Below are positions 33,580-43,161 of a stretch of DNA of 64,000 bases, one piece after another. The position numbers and the translations under genes were made by a program. The notes beneath the pieces are model-generated. The model searched no databases and was not told where the DNA came from. It saw only the letters and a program-made list of their open reading frames with translations. Positions within the stretch are counted from its first letter, which is position 1. Every line of letters begins with the position of its first letter. This DNA is from Paramoeba atlantica (lineage: Eukaryota > Protista > Discosea): contig CDRNVI010000032.1 in assembly GCA_977017575.1 (NCBI GenBank), positions 124,001 through 188,000 of the forward strand, given 5' to 3'.

Positions 33580-33787
33580 TTTACGTTTTAGATTAAATTC
33601 GATTTCCTATGAACAAAATTACGAACGAAATTACGAACGATTTATATTAAAATATATGGAAGCAATAATAACGATTTCTTATGAACAAATTGCTTTATTA
33701 CCAAAAAGGCCTTTATACTTCCTGTGTACTAAATTTAAATTCGTATTTAAACGGTAATGTGCAATTTTAACGGTAATGTGCCAAATT

Positions 33788-33900
33788 TGTTTTTTGGTCA
33801 TCCCAAAAAATTTGGAAATTTTTGGGATGACCAAAAAACATAGGAAAAAATAATATTAAGAGGAGCACAGTAATATTATTACTGTGTTCCTCTTAATATT
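33788..33900. repeat. Two adjacent long hairpins
   Basis: Perfect 22-bp stem 33788-33809/33819-33840; 22/23-bp stem 33852-33874/33878-33900. Confidence 0.85.
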
Positions 33901-34980
33901 TTCACTGTTTTTGTTCACTTATTTTTTTCAATAATCGAGGGTAGAGCGGTAGTTATACAACCACCGCAATTTAAAGTTAGGAAGGGTCGTGGCTTAGCTT
34001 GTTAAACCATGTTGGGGAGTAGCGAGCCCCTCCTATCCGAGCTGTTAATTATTGGCTTCCTTTATTTTCTTTTTTAGGCTCTTCGTTAAACGCGGTGGTT
34101 GCTTTCAACTTAGAAGTCACTCATGCTGCGCGCTTCGCGTTGAAAACTCCCGCCGCGTTTAACGAAGAGCTTAAAAAAGAAAATTTAGCCTGGAAAACGG
34201 AAAGATTATAGCCAAAAATAGCCGAATTTCGGGTACAAATGGGGTCATTTTCGCATATTTTTGCTCTCAGAGCACTAAATCCGACATTTGCGCGTGGGAA
34301 ATCACTCGCAGGCATGAATGAAAGCCTACCGAACGTATTGGGTAGAGAATGCGACTCCAACCATACCATTTTTTCGGCACAAAAGTGCCCCTTTAGGTCC
34401 GAAAAATACTTTTTCACCTTTTTTAGTCAAAAATGGGTCATTTTGGGGGGCGCACCACAGTTCGAAGAAGTGATACCTTGCGAAAACAACTGCGTAGAAA
34501 GCTAGTGTAGGTCCCAAACTATCAAAATACAATAGGGGAAACGATTTTGGAAAAATATTTTTTTTGTCATTTTTTTCGCCAAGTTGAAATTTTTTTCAAA
34601 AACTTTTTTCCGAAAAAATCCCAACTTGGCGGACCCGTCCTGCGGATACGCGGTGGGGTCACCCCCGGGTAGGGGGGTGGAAAATGCGCGCCAAGACCCC
34701 GGCTACCCTTTCTGCGGTTTTTTTTCGAAAACTAATTTTTTCGAAAAAATTTGCTCGACCATGCCCCCCCCCCTGGACCCCCCCCTGCCCCCCCCCCTGG
34801 ACCCCCCCCATGGACCCCCCATTTTTTTCAAGTTTTTTTTTCAGTTTTGGACCACCGGAGCCCCCTTTTATATTTTTTTCTTCTATTATATTACTGTGTT
34901 CCCCTTTATATTTTCACTGTTTTTGTTCACTTTTTTTTCAATAATCGAGTGTAGAGCGGTAGTTTTACAACCACCGCAAT
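33878..34980 (+). repeat. ~92-bp direct repeat pair (33878-33970 and 34890-34980) enclosing ~0.9 kb
   Basis: ATTACTGTGTTCC...GTAGAGCGGTAGTT(A/T)TACAACCACCGCAAT in both copies. Confidence 0.8.
34078..34170. repeat. Tiny inverted-repeat element (18-bp perfect arms)
   Basis: GCTCTTCGTTAAACGCGG at 34078-34095 and CCGCGTTTAACGAAGAGC at 34153-34170. Confidence 0.75.
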
Positions 34981-35321
34981 AACCATATAAACGTTTTGTG
35001 CAAGGTTCTGATTGTGGTAAAAAGAGTATTTAGTTCAAAAATCGTGGTTAGTCAAGAGAAGTACCTGTTCAAATAAGTTTACAAGGGCATGTATAAAATG
35101 CTTTTTGCATCACACTTTCAATACGATCTTCGCATGCTTTCAGCGCCTTACTTTGACAAACTAACTTAACCTTGAGTTTACGACTTTTTTACTTACTTCT
35201 TACTTAAAGTCTTGGAAAGGAAACTACTCGCTCGTAGGTTTGTATGTTTTCTATCTGGTAGTACGTGCGCGATGTCGTCTGCGAACGTTCCTGGCTGTAA
35301 GAATGATCTTCAGGTGACCGG

Positions 35322-35620
35322 GTGTCAGTTCTCTTCCGCTGGCGACGCCAGTTTGCGCAAGCACGCGAATTTTTTCTGGATACAGATCGCCAAAGACAAG
35401 ATAGATTTGGAAGTTTCGAGGCCGAAGTCCTCTACCTGTTTTCGTTAGTACAAGGCGGCAACTACGTGCTGCTACCAACCCGTTGCGTCGACGAATCCAA
35501 GACAATCTTCAAAAGGTATCATTCCTGCAGCTAAGTAGCATTCCTGTAGCCGTTAACATTCCCCCTCGGAACGTTAAACCGGACTGGTTTAAAATCCCGG
35601 TATGACATCATCGTCTTCAC
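35322..35620 (+). pseudogene. Possible pogo-type transposase N-terminal (HTH/CENP-B-like) remnant
   Basis: SVLFRWRRQ..RFGSFEAEVLYLF..GNYVL resembles pogo DNA-binding helices; GGGGGGTAACGG|TA (CCGT-type end) at ~35875. Confidence 0.4.
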
Positions 35621-36229
35621 CAAGAAAGTTGCATCAAGAACCTGTGTGCATCGATCTTTGTGCGCCATCTGTGTCCCCCTTTGAAGACCACTGGGCGTGG
35701 CTCTGCCTCGCCTTACCCCGATGCAACAGTCGGTTGCAGTGCACCCCTCCGGCTGTGTAAAGAGGTGGTAAGTAGTGTGGGGAAAAATCTGACACCCCCC
35801 TTACTTCACCACACGTCCAGTGACTAAATGTGGTGAAGTAAGGGGGGAGGCGAAGTGAGGGGGGGTAACGGTACTAGTAAAACATCAATTACAATTTTGG
35901 TGCAAAATTGTGATACCCACGCTCTAAAATACGGTAGCATTAAAAATGTATAACACGAAATTTCTTCAGCCCCAATTTTGTGCATATTAAGGGGGGGCAG
36001 GGGGGGGGGTGCATATTAAAAGGGGGGTCACAGTACAGAAGTAGATAGCAAGCGTGTAGCCAATTGTTGCAAGGACAGAAGTTAGATGTGTAAAATTACA
36101 AGGCATATATAAAGATATGTCAACAAAATTAGTACCCTTTGTTCTATTTTATTCCACATTCTACATTAAACATTTTTTTCGAATACGCAGGTGGAGGTTC
36201 ATGTAAACCATACATTTACAATAGCTTCA

Positions 36230-36802
36230 TTACGAAATATTGATCACATGCCTCGCTAATACAATGTTTCTTTTCGATAAATTTCGAGCACGACCTGTGA
36301 CACGTTCAACTATTTCTATGACATCTTCGGGCTGCAAAGCAGCGAAAATAAGAGTTGTCCTCATCTCTACGAAGCTCATCGCTGGAGGGATATCCCCAAC
36401 GCACTTCTTAAAAATAAGATTCACTCCTGAATGAGCAATATTGTGATCAAGACGCCGTCCGCATAGCAGATATTCATCAAAACCATCTGCTAAAAGTTGA
36501 ATCAAAGATGCTCCCCATGGCCCTCTCAAAATATTCTTATTTATCCACCCAATTTCTATTTTTGATAAATTCTTCAGCCAAGTATCGAATTCCCCCACTT
36601 TGCTTACAGTAGAAACGCTTTGGTCGAGTTCTCTGATCGACTTCGAATTATACTTGTCTGACATGTCGTCACCGAAAAGGATTTTGTTTAGAGTGGTCAT
36701 TTTATTTTTGAAGGATTCTAATGCGGAAGTACAGATGTGTGGATACGCACCGGGCGGAAGATAAGAATCGCAAAAATCTTGCAAATTCGTCAGGGTTCTC
36801 AT
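36230..36802 (-). CDS. Hypothetical orphan protein (190 aa)
   Basis: ATG-started ORF co-oriented with the gene array; no motif recognised. Confidence 0.5.
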   Translation of the reverse strand: MRTLTNLQDFCDSYLPPGAYPHICTSALESFKNKMTTLNKILFGDDMSDKYNSKSIRELDQSVSTVSKVGEFDTWLKNLSKIEIGWINKNILRGPWGASLIQLLADGFDEYLLCGRRLDHNIAHSGVNLIFKKCVGDIPPAMSFVEMRTTLIFAALQPEDVIEIVERVTGRARNLSKRNIVLARHVINIS

Positions 36803-36971
36803 AAAATCAATTTAGTAAAAGTTACCCATTTGTTATCTAATAACAAATCATACCAATATTATGATTTCTAGCCATCAAAGAAACTCAGACCATATCATAT
36901 AAAATCTTCGGATAAACAACAAAAAGTTCAAATTGAAAATGATTTTATAGCCCGCTTAAAGAAAAAAATAG

Positions 36972-38111
36972 CTATGACATGGGTCTTAGGCAACGATCGA
37001 AGCAAGATTTCACAAAATCATTTGACAAATGCCTTCCAAGAACAAGAACTGAAGATTTAAGATCCTTATTGAGTTCATCATTTAAGTTATACTTTTGGGA
37101 AGGATTAAAAGATGCACGAAATTCGTATAGTTCCCCAACCGCCTCAAAAATATATTCCTTGCTTTCATTTTCAGAGGATTCAACAAAAAATAGACCTTTT
37201 GCACGAATAACCTCTGGTAACTCGTCGGATTCAGAATCCAGCGCTTGACACTTCGGTTGTTCATCGCGATGCCTTGACCACAGCAGTGCATTAGCGAATA
37301 CATCCAGAGCGTTCTTGTTGGGTAAGGGATAAGGAAAAGTGTAGAAAATGTGGGTAATAGAATGCTTGTGTAGTGATTCATCCTCAGACGTGTATACGCC
37401 CGGAGTATTCCGTTCGCTTGATAAACCAAAGGATTTCGCTAAACGATTCATGCTGAGCAGTTCACGCAGATCACACAGCTTTGCGAATGCTGTACATTTG
37501 ACAAGCGCTGTAGGGTTAATTGCGGAAACCTCCGCCACCCATTCCTCCACCTCATCCTTTTCCACTAAATCTGTCTTGTTAAGCAACACCACATCCGCAA
37601 GCAAGATTTGCCGCTCCGCCTCCGCCACCGCGTGCCTTCCACGAAGGTAGTCCCGTACCCTGGACAGATCCACGAGGGCGACAACCCCATTCAGCCGCAG
37701 CCCGGAACCCATCGCGTCGTCCTTCCAAAACATCCCCGCCACGGGTCCCGGATCCGACAGCCCGGAGGCCTCGACGAGGACATGATCAATTGGACGGGAC
37801 GCCACGAGAGCCTCAATCGCCTCCACGGCACGGTCCTTGGCGGTGCAGCACAGGCACCCATTGGGCATCTCCACCCAGTCCTCGTCCTCCATCTCGGAGG
37901 AGGCTACCGAGAGACCTCTCTCAAAGGAGGTGGCCCCGGAGAACTCGTTTAACACGACCGCGATGCGTAGCCCATGGGGGGCGTTGAGGATGTGATGGAG
38001 TAAGGTGGTCTTCCCGGAGCCAAGGAACCCGGTGAGTAGGGTGACGGGGACAACGGCAGGGGTGAGCGTGGGGATCTCGGTGTCCTCGGTGTCACAAGGA
38101 GTGTCGATCAT
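36972..38111 (-). CDS. CobW/COG0523 (ZNG1/CBWD-like) G3E GTPase metallochaperone
   Basis: TLLTGFLGSGKTT, NEF, GCLCC, VEASG, LLNKTDL, VIRAKG; first ATG at 38111. Confidence 0.9.
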   Translation of the reverse strand: MIDTPCDTEDTEIPTLTPAVVPVTLLTGFLGSGKTTLLHHILNAPHGLRIAVVLNEFSGATSFERGLSVASSEMEDEDWVEMPNGCLCCTAKDRAVEAIEALVASRPIDHVLVEASGLSDPGPVAGMFWKDDAMGSGLRLNGVVALVDLSRVRDYLRGRHAVAEAERQILLADVVLLNKTDLVEKDEVEEWVAEVSAINPTALVKCTAFAKLCDLRELLSMNRLAKSFGLSSERNTPGVYTSEDESLHKHSITHIFYTFPYPLPNKNALDVFANALLWSRHRDEQPKCQALDSESDELPEVIRAKGLFFVESSENESKEYIFEAVGELYEFRASFNPSQKYNLNDELNKDLKSSVLVLGRHLSNDFVKSCFDRCLRPMS

Positions 38112-38170
38112 GTATACAGGGGAGATAGGGAGGGGGGTACGTGGATGTTGATGGAGGAGAGAAAGATGCA
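37540..38170. other. Intragenic GC island with skew inversion (island 4)
   Basis: Plus strand 37501-37560 C22:G10; 38101-38160 C4:G29. Confidence 0.8.
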
Positions 38171-38439
38171 ATTCGGTGCTACAGGAATGAAAAAAATGGA
38201 CTTAAACCAGTGTTCGGGTTACTGTAATATTCCTGGTAGGAATATTACGGGGTATAGGAATATAAAAAAATAGCGAAAAAGGGAAAATTATTTTTCGCGA
38301 CGCTTCGCGACGCTTCGCGGCGCGATATTTACTCTTGTGCTCGTTTTTGTCTGTTTTTGGCTTGTGTGTGCGTTTTTCTTGCTATAACGATGAAAAACTC
38401 ATCATGAAAAAATGGAAATAAGGGGCTGCTGGTAGCGAG

Positions 38440-38535
38440 GTTTTACGAGGTTTCACCAAGGTTTCGCGAGATTTCAGAGGATTTTATCAAGGTTCCGAGG
38501 TTTCACGAGGTGTCACCGAAGTTTCACCGAGCTTT
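38440..38535. repeat. Degenerate 10-11-bp minisatellite (CGAGGTTTCAC)
   Basis: About 9 imperfect GAGGTTTCAC units. Confidence 0.75.
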
Positions 38536-38760
38536 CGCATATTTTACTTTTACGTTGCTTGCAGAGGTGCCGATAATAGGCGTTAAGTGAGAAGCCAAGC
38601 TTTCCAAGTAGTCCTGGCGGGCAGTGGGAGAAAATGCCTGGTAACTGTCAAATACGGTCATTCCCAATCTGTGGTAATGCACAAGAATGAAATGGTCGTT
38701 GAATATAATCACTGCTATAATGCGGCGGACAGAAGTTATACAGTATGTTGAGTTGGTTTA
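38524..38760 (-). pseudogene. Ulp1/C48-like cysteine peptidase fragment
   Basis: RIIAVIIFNDHFILVHYHRLGMTVFDSY fits the His and Asp segments of C48 peptidases; the QxNxxDCG segment is missing and the minisatellite follows. Confidence 0.45.
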
Positions 38761-38899
38761 CGTCCCAAACCCAACATCAATCGCGTTTTTCCCGTGTTTA
38801 AAAACATCATGTGAGTGTCCACATTCGACAATTTGCGATATATCGATAATACATTTTCACATAGGTGGTCTAAGGCATGATTAGATAGATTACATAGAT

Positions 38900-39060
38900 C
38901 TAAGGCGTGATTTCGACAGGGGTGAAAACTTCCATATGGGGGGGTCTAAATTTTTTAAAAATTGTCCAATTTTGGAAAATAATAGCGCATTGGAGAGATC
39001 TCGCAGAGTTGTATGTCTTTGGCGTATTCGGAACGCTCGGCTTGAAAGATCTAACCCGAT
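38900..39060. repeat. Dispersed repeat family F (GGGGGGTCTAAA..TGTCCAATTTTGGAAAATAATAGCGCATT)
   Basis: Homologous segments at 16445-16489 plus 17243-17290, 40165-40265, 47550-47640 and 48480-48560 (last three inverted). Confidence 0.8.
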
Positions 39061-39769
39061 GAGAAAAAAAATGTTTTTTTTTCTTGTGAAAATATGGCAA
39101 TTTTTCTTTTTTGCGCCATTTTGCGCCCCAAAGGACACTATGCAGTTGTCCACTGCCATCCAGTGCCATGCGCTGCCATCCAAAACAGAGATATGAGCGA
39201 GGACCGAAGACCTTTTTTTGATTTGGAGGACCGAAAAACTTTCCATTTCCGCCGGAGGTTGTAGGACAAGTGATGGCCATGATATGAAAAAGCGGCCAAT
39301 GTCGGATTCAATTGTACTCATTTTTCAAAAACACGTCTTTTCCCTTCCTTTTGCAAAATTAGATATTTTCTCGGTCTCTTCTTGTGCGTACTCTGTCATG
39401 TACATGTGCGGACCTGAGTTGAATTTTAAAGTGAAAGCATGATGGGGACACACCAAAAACTTTTGAAGATTTTTTGCGTTGTGACCGAAGAGAAATGTCC
39501 TCACGATCACGAGGGTTGGAAAGTTCGTCACTCTGTTTCCAGTATTTGTTGGAGGCGATGTAAGCACGTAAGTTTCAGAAAAAGATTGTCTCGAATACTT
39601 CCTTACTTTTATTCAGAGGTGCGCAAACCGTCCCACAAATTTTAGTTTTGGGTACTTGTAGTACACAAGTACATAAAAATTAGTCATCCAGTACCATCCA
39701 GTGCCATCCGCTGCCATCCAGTGCCATCCAAATCTTCATAGTGTCCAAAAGCGAGTTCGCTCAAGGAAT

Positions 39770-40050
39770 TCTCATGGTGTTTCGAACGCCCGTTCTTATG
39801 CTTTGCCAGGGAAGATTAAAGAACACCAACGATTACTTCTTGTGGCCGAATTCGAGAAAACACAGTCTTATTCCCGGACTTACCAAAGTGTTTGGGTCCA
39901 CTAGGGAACTGTGAAACTCTGGGTGGAACGAATCATGTTTTTTACGATAAACTTCAGGCAAAAGACAAAGATAAGTTTGATAATAAGTTTAAAAACTTCA
40001 GAAAACGTTGTAGAATCATCGTAGAAAAGAAGGGTGCATATTGTGGATGC
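39770..40050 (+). pseudogene. mariner/maT-type transposase C-terminal remnant
   Basis: TCTTATTCCCGGACTTA restores SYSPDL with one added C; ends FKNFRKRCRIIVEKKGAY, typical of ITm C-termini. Confidence 0.55.
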
Positions 40051-40265
40051 AACACGGGTTTTAAAATAATGTTTCCTAAAAATATGTGGGATTTTTTTTT
40101 TCTTTAAGTGCCAATTTGCTTTTTTGGCCTATTCGGTATTTGGAGTTCTAATTTGATATGTCAAAAGCTACCAGTGCAAAGACATACAACTCTGCGAGAG
40201 CTCTCGAATGCGGTATTATTTTCCGAAATTGAAAAGTTTTTGCAAATTTTAGACCCCTCCCAGAT

Positions 40266-41013
40266 TGGGCAGCTTCATTTACCCCCCTACAGGTCTTGCA
40301 TTTTGTTCGATTTCGGAAATATTTGGTATGGGACTGTTTTTCGCTCCGATCGTCTCGAATCCGCGGTCCTTTTCATGATTGGAATAATAATTTTTTTTAC
40401 TAAAATGACTAGACAATTTTTGAGGGTGTACACTTTTTTTTTGATTTTTTTTCTTGCTTTTAAATATTTTTTAATGTTTTTAAAAATGTAAATCATGCTT
40501 AGAGAACGCAAAAAAGACGCTGAATACGTATTCAATAACCAATGTGATAACCTTTCTTTTCTACCACCAATTTAAGTCGTTTGCGGGTCTTTAAATGGAT
40601 TTCTTAATTTATCGACATGTACTCCTGATAAAACATCGAATTCCTGGAGAAAAAAACATTCCTGGAGATTTTGAGCTCATTAGCTACAGCACGTAGGGAT
40701 TTTAGTTCCTTGTAGCGTGCTATGATGAGAGTTCGCCTTTCTGGTGAAATACGCTGATTCGGGAGAGAAGCCCGATATCGTTTGACCATTGAGGAAAAAA
40801 CAGAAAAAAAGTAGATTTTTCTAGGGTGGGCCAAAAAAAAATTGACTTTTTGGACAAAATTTTTAAGGTCTCGGAGCAAATCAAGGTCGCTTGAGTGAAA
40901 ACGACCGCGGATTCGAGACGATCGGAGCGAAAAACAGTCCCATACCAAATATTTCCGAAATCGAACAAAATACAAGACCTGTAGGGGGGGGTAAATGATG
41001 CTGCCCAGGGGTG
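40266..41013 (-). mobile_element. Internally deleted Tc1/Tc3-like element, same TIR family as 16490 and 48672
   Basis: Right end CTGCCCAGGGGTG|TA; left TIR lacks its outer ~7 bp; retains the N-terminal HTH (ISPERRTLIIARYKELKSLRAVANELKISRN) and the C-terminus RKRLKLVVEKKGYHIGY*. Confidence 0.8.
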
Positions 41014-41902
41014 TACTTAACTCTACTCGGTCTCTATTTTCACGGACAGTGATTTGAAGAGGGTTATTTGTTATTTCGAATGCCGGATTCCCGATTCGTG
41101 GCGCTGGAGGTTCTGTAATAATCCAGGAGCTTAGAGGCCCACGCAGAGAACGAACTGTGTTGGGGATACCATCTTTTAATTTCATAGGAGATTCCAGGGA
41201 TGCGGTGGATGGTAGCATTGGTAGAGATTATTGATTCAATGAATTCTAAGTATTTTTCCCCCCATTTTAAGCAACATTCCAATCTTTCTTCTCGACTTTC
41301 GCCAAAACAAATTCCACCCAAACAAATTGCCCTAAAATTTTGTCTTTATTAAACGGGGGGGATGAGGGGGGGTCTCTATTAAAGGGGGGGTCACAGTAAG
41401 CGTTTTAACACATTTTCAGAAGAAAAAATAGAAGCATTTGTATAGAAACAAGAGAGTTGGGAGAAAAGAGGACCAGTGAACACACCAGCGAACCAAAAGG
41501 TATGAAATTGGTACGCGAGAAGAGATGAGAAAAAAGGCAAGCCATTTTTTTATCAAGTAGAAACCTTAAGAAAGAACGGCAACGTGCGTGAATGGTCTAT
41601 TTTCAGTATTGTTGAGTTCTTGCTTTTTTCCGCCTACAGCTCCAACCACCATTGGTCGTATGAGCTAAAGATAACAAAACATCCTCTGCTACTTCCAACG
41701 CTTCGCTTTACCTTTTTGCGTGTATTAAATGCTGCAGGAGAAAGAATTTCGTTACAGATCACCTGGAAGAGGTCTTCAACGGATGTACAAAAATGTACAA
41801 GAAAACACACACAGAAAACCGTCTAAAAACACCACCACTGTAAGTGAAATACGCTTAAAAATGAACAATCATTTTTCGTAATATTAATTTCGCCTGTTTC
41901 TA

Positions 41903-42216
41903 CCGTATACCCCCGCAGTAATAGATCCCCCCAGTACCAGAGATTTGGCCAATTTTGGGCTGACCCCCAGTAACAGAGATTTGGCTCGGGAGGGTGGTTG
42001 GAGGGGGGAGGGGGTGTTTGGGTGGGTGGTGGTGGCTGGGCGGGGTGAGGGCGGTTGCGAGGGAGCGAATGGCGTAGTTGCGGGGTTGTCTGGACAGAAA
42101 ATGAACGCACCCTTGAACAAAAAAGGTCTTTTCCCACCAAAAAGGCATACCCCCCCAGTAACAGAGATTTGGTCATTTGGGCCCAAAATCGATTCTATTA
42201 CTGGGGGAGTATACGG
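41903..42216. mobile_element. 314-bp pogo/Tc2-like MITE (inverted relative to 24243)
   Basis: TA|CCGTATACCCCCGCAGTAATAGA ... TCTATTACTGGGGGAGTATACGG|TA. Confidence 0.88.
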
Positions 42217-43161
42217 TAATTGCCAGTTTTCCTAGCAGCACTCGATTGGAGTGCGCAGAGGACCAACCTCCAGACTATCAAACTGCTCTCTAGGTCTACT
42301 ATGCGTACGATTTTTAGCAGAATTCTCAATACATGCTAAGCAACATGTGAACTTGCAGACCGAAAGTGTGAGTCAAAATAAAAGCATTAATATAATGCAA
42401 GGAAAAGGCAAGTTTAATGGTTGTGTGCGATTCGTATTCCGATTTGTAATTCCGCATCAGCTAGGTGAAATGCTCATACAAGCTTTCAAGAGGCATGAAA
42501 CTTCAATTTTCAATTGTTTCTGCAGCATATGTTTCTTTCTCTTACGTAACGCCAGTTTACGAAGTTTTTGAAGAAGTGAACCATAGAGGCTGATAACATC
42601 AGAGGAAATAAAATTTCCTCTGGAGGCAACAGGGAACATATTGTGGGCTAAATACTTCAGAGGTCGTTCTAAAAGTTCAAATAAAACACTGCATAAAAAT
42701 TAATTTCATAAATAAATTTTCTTTGCAAGTACGTGTTGTAGAAACTAATTGAAAGTTAGTGCTATAATGTTGCCAATAATTGAAAGAAAACAAGCATTAA
42801 GATTAAGCGCCAGCTTGATGGTGATCAAGTTTAGTATTCTTCTAAGGTGAGACTCGCTTCAGTATGCCCGAGTTTCTTATACTTATCTCTGTATTACATT
42901 TAACCGCATTAGGAGTTACCCGGTTTGAAGAGAAACAAATAATACATCTTCATCAATAAAAAAGAGAATCAAATCAAAACTTCTCGAGAATAGATATCGA
43001 GACTCTTTGCGGAAGAACATACCCGAATAAAGAAATGCCCCCAAAAAAGAAAAAAATTCTCAATGAATAGTGTAGCAAAATCCAGGACTAATTTGACCAA
43101 TAACGAATCTAGTGGAATATCACCATGTGGCGAAATAGCGCAAATTATTGAATATGTCGCT

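Noticed and set aside
34600-34860. GC-rich intergenic patch as a further skew island
   Set aside because: Polarity is G then C (opposite), it is made of homopolymer runs, and it lies within a repeat block
19622-38171. Bacterial origin of the window (ClpB, ExoIII, CobW)
   Set aside because: Interspersed with eukaryote-specific genes (RPC11, KRR1, VAMP7, GPN3, DDX11); ClpB has a presequence and lacks the N-domain, as in Hsp78
41064-41321. Mutator-like transposase fragment (SATNRESG)
   Set aside because: Only one vague motif and no supporting catalytic segment
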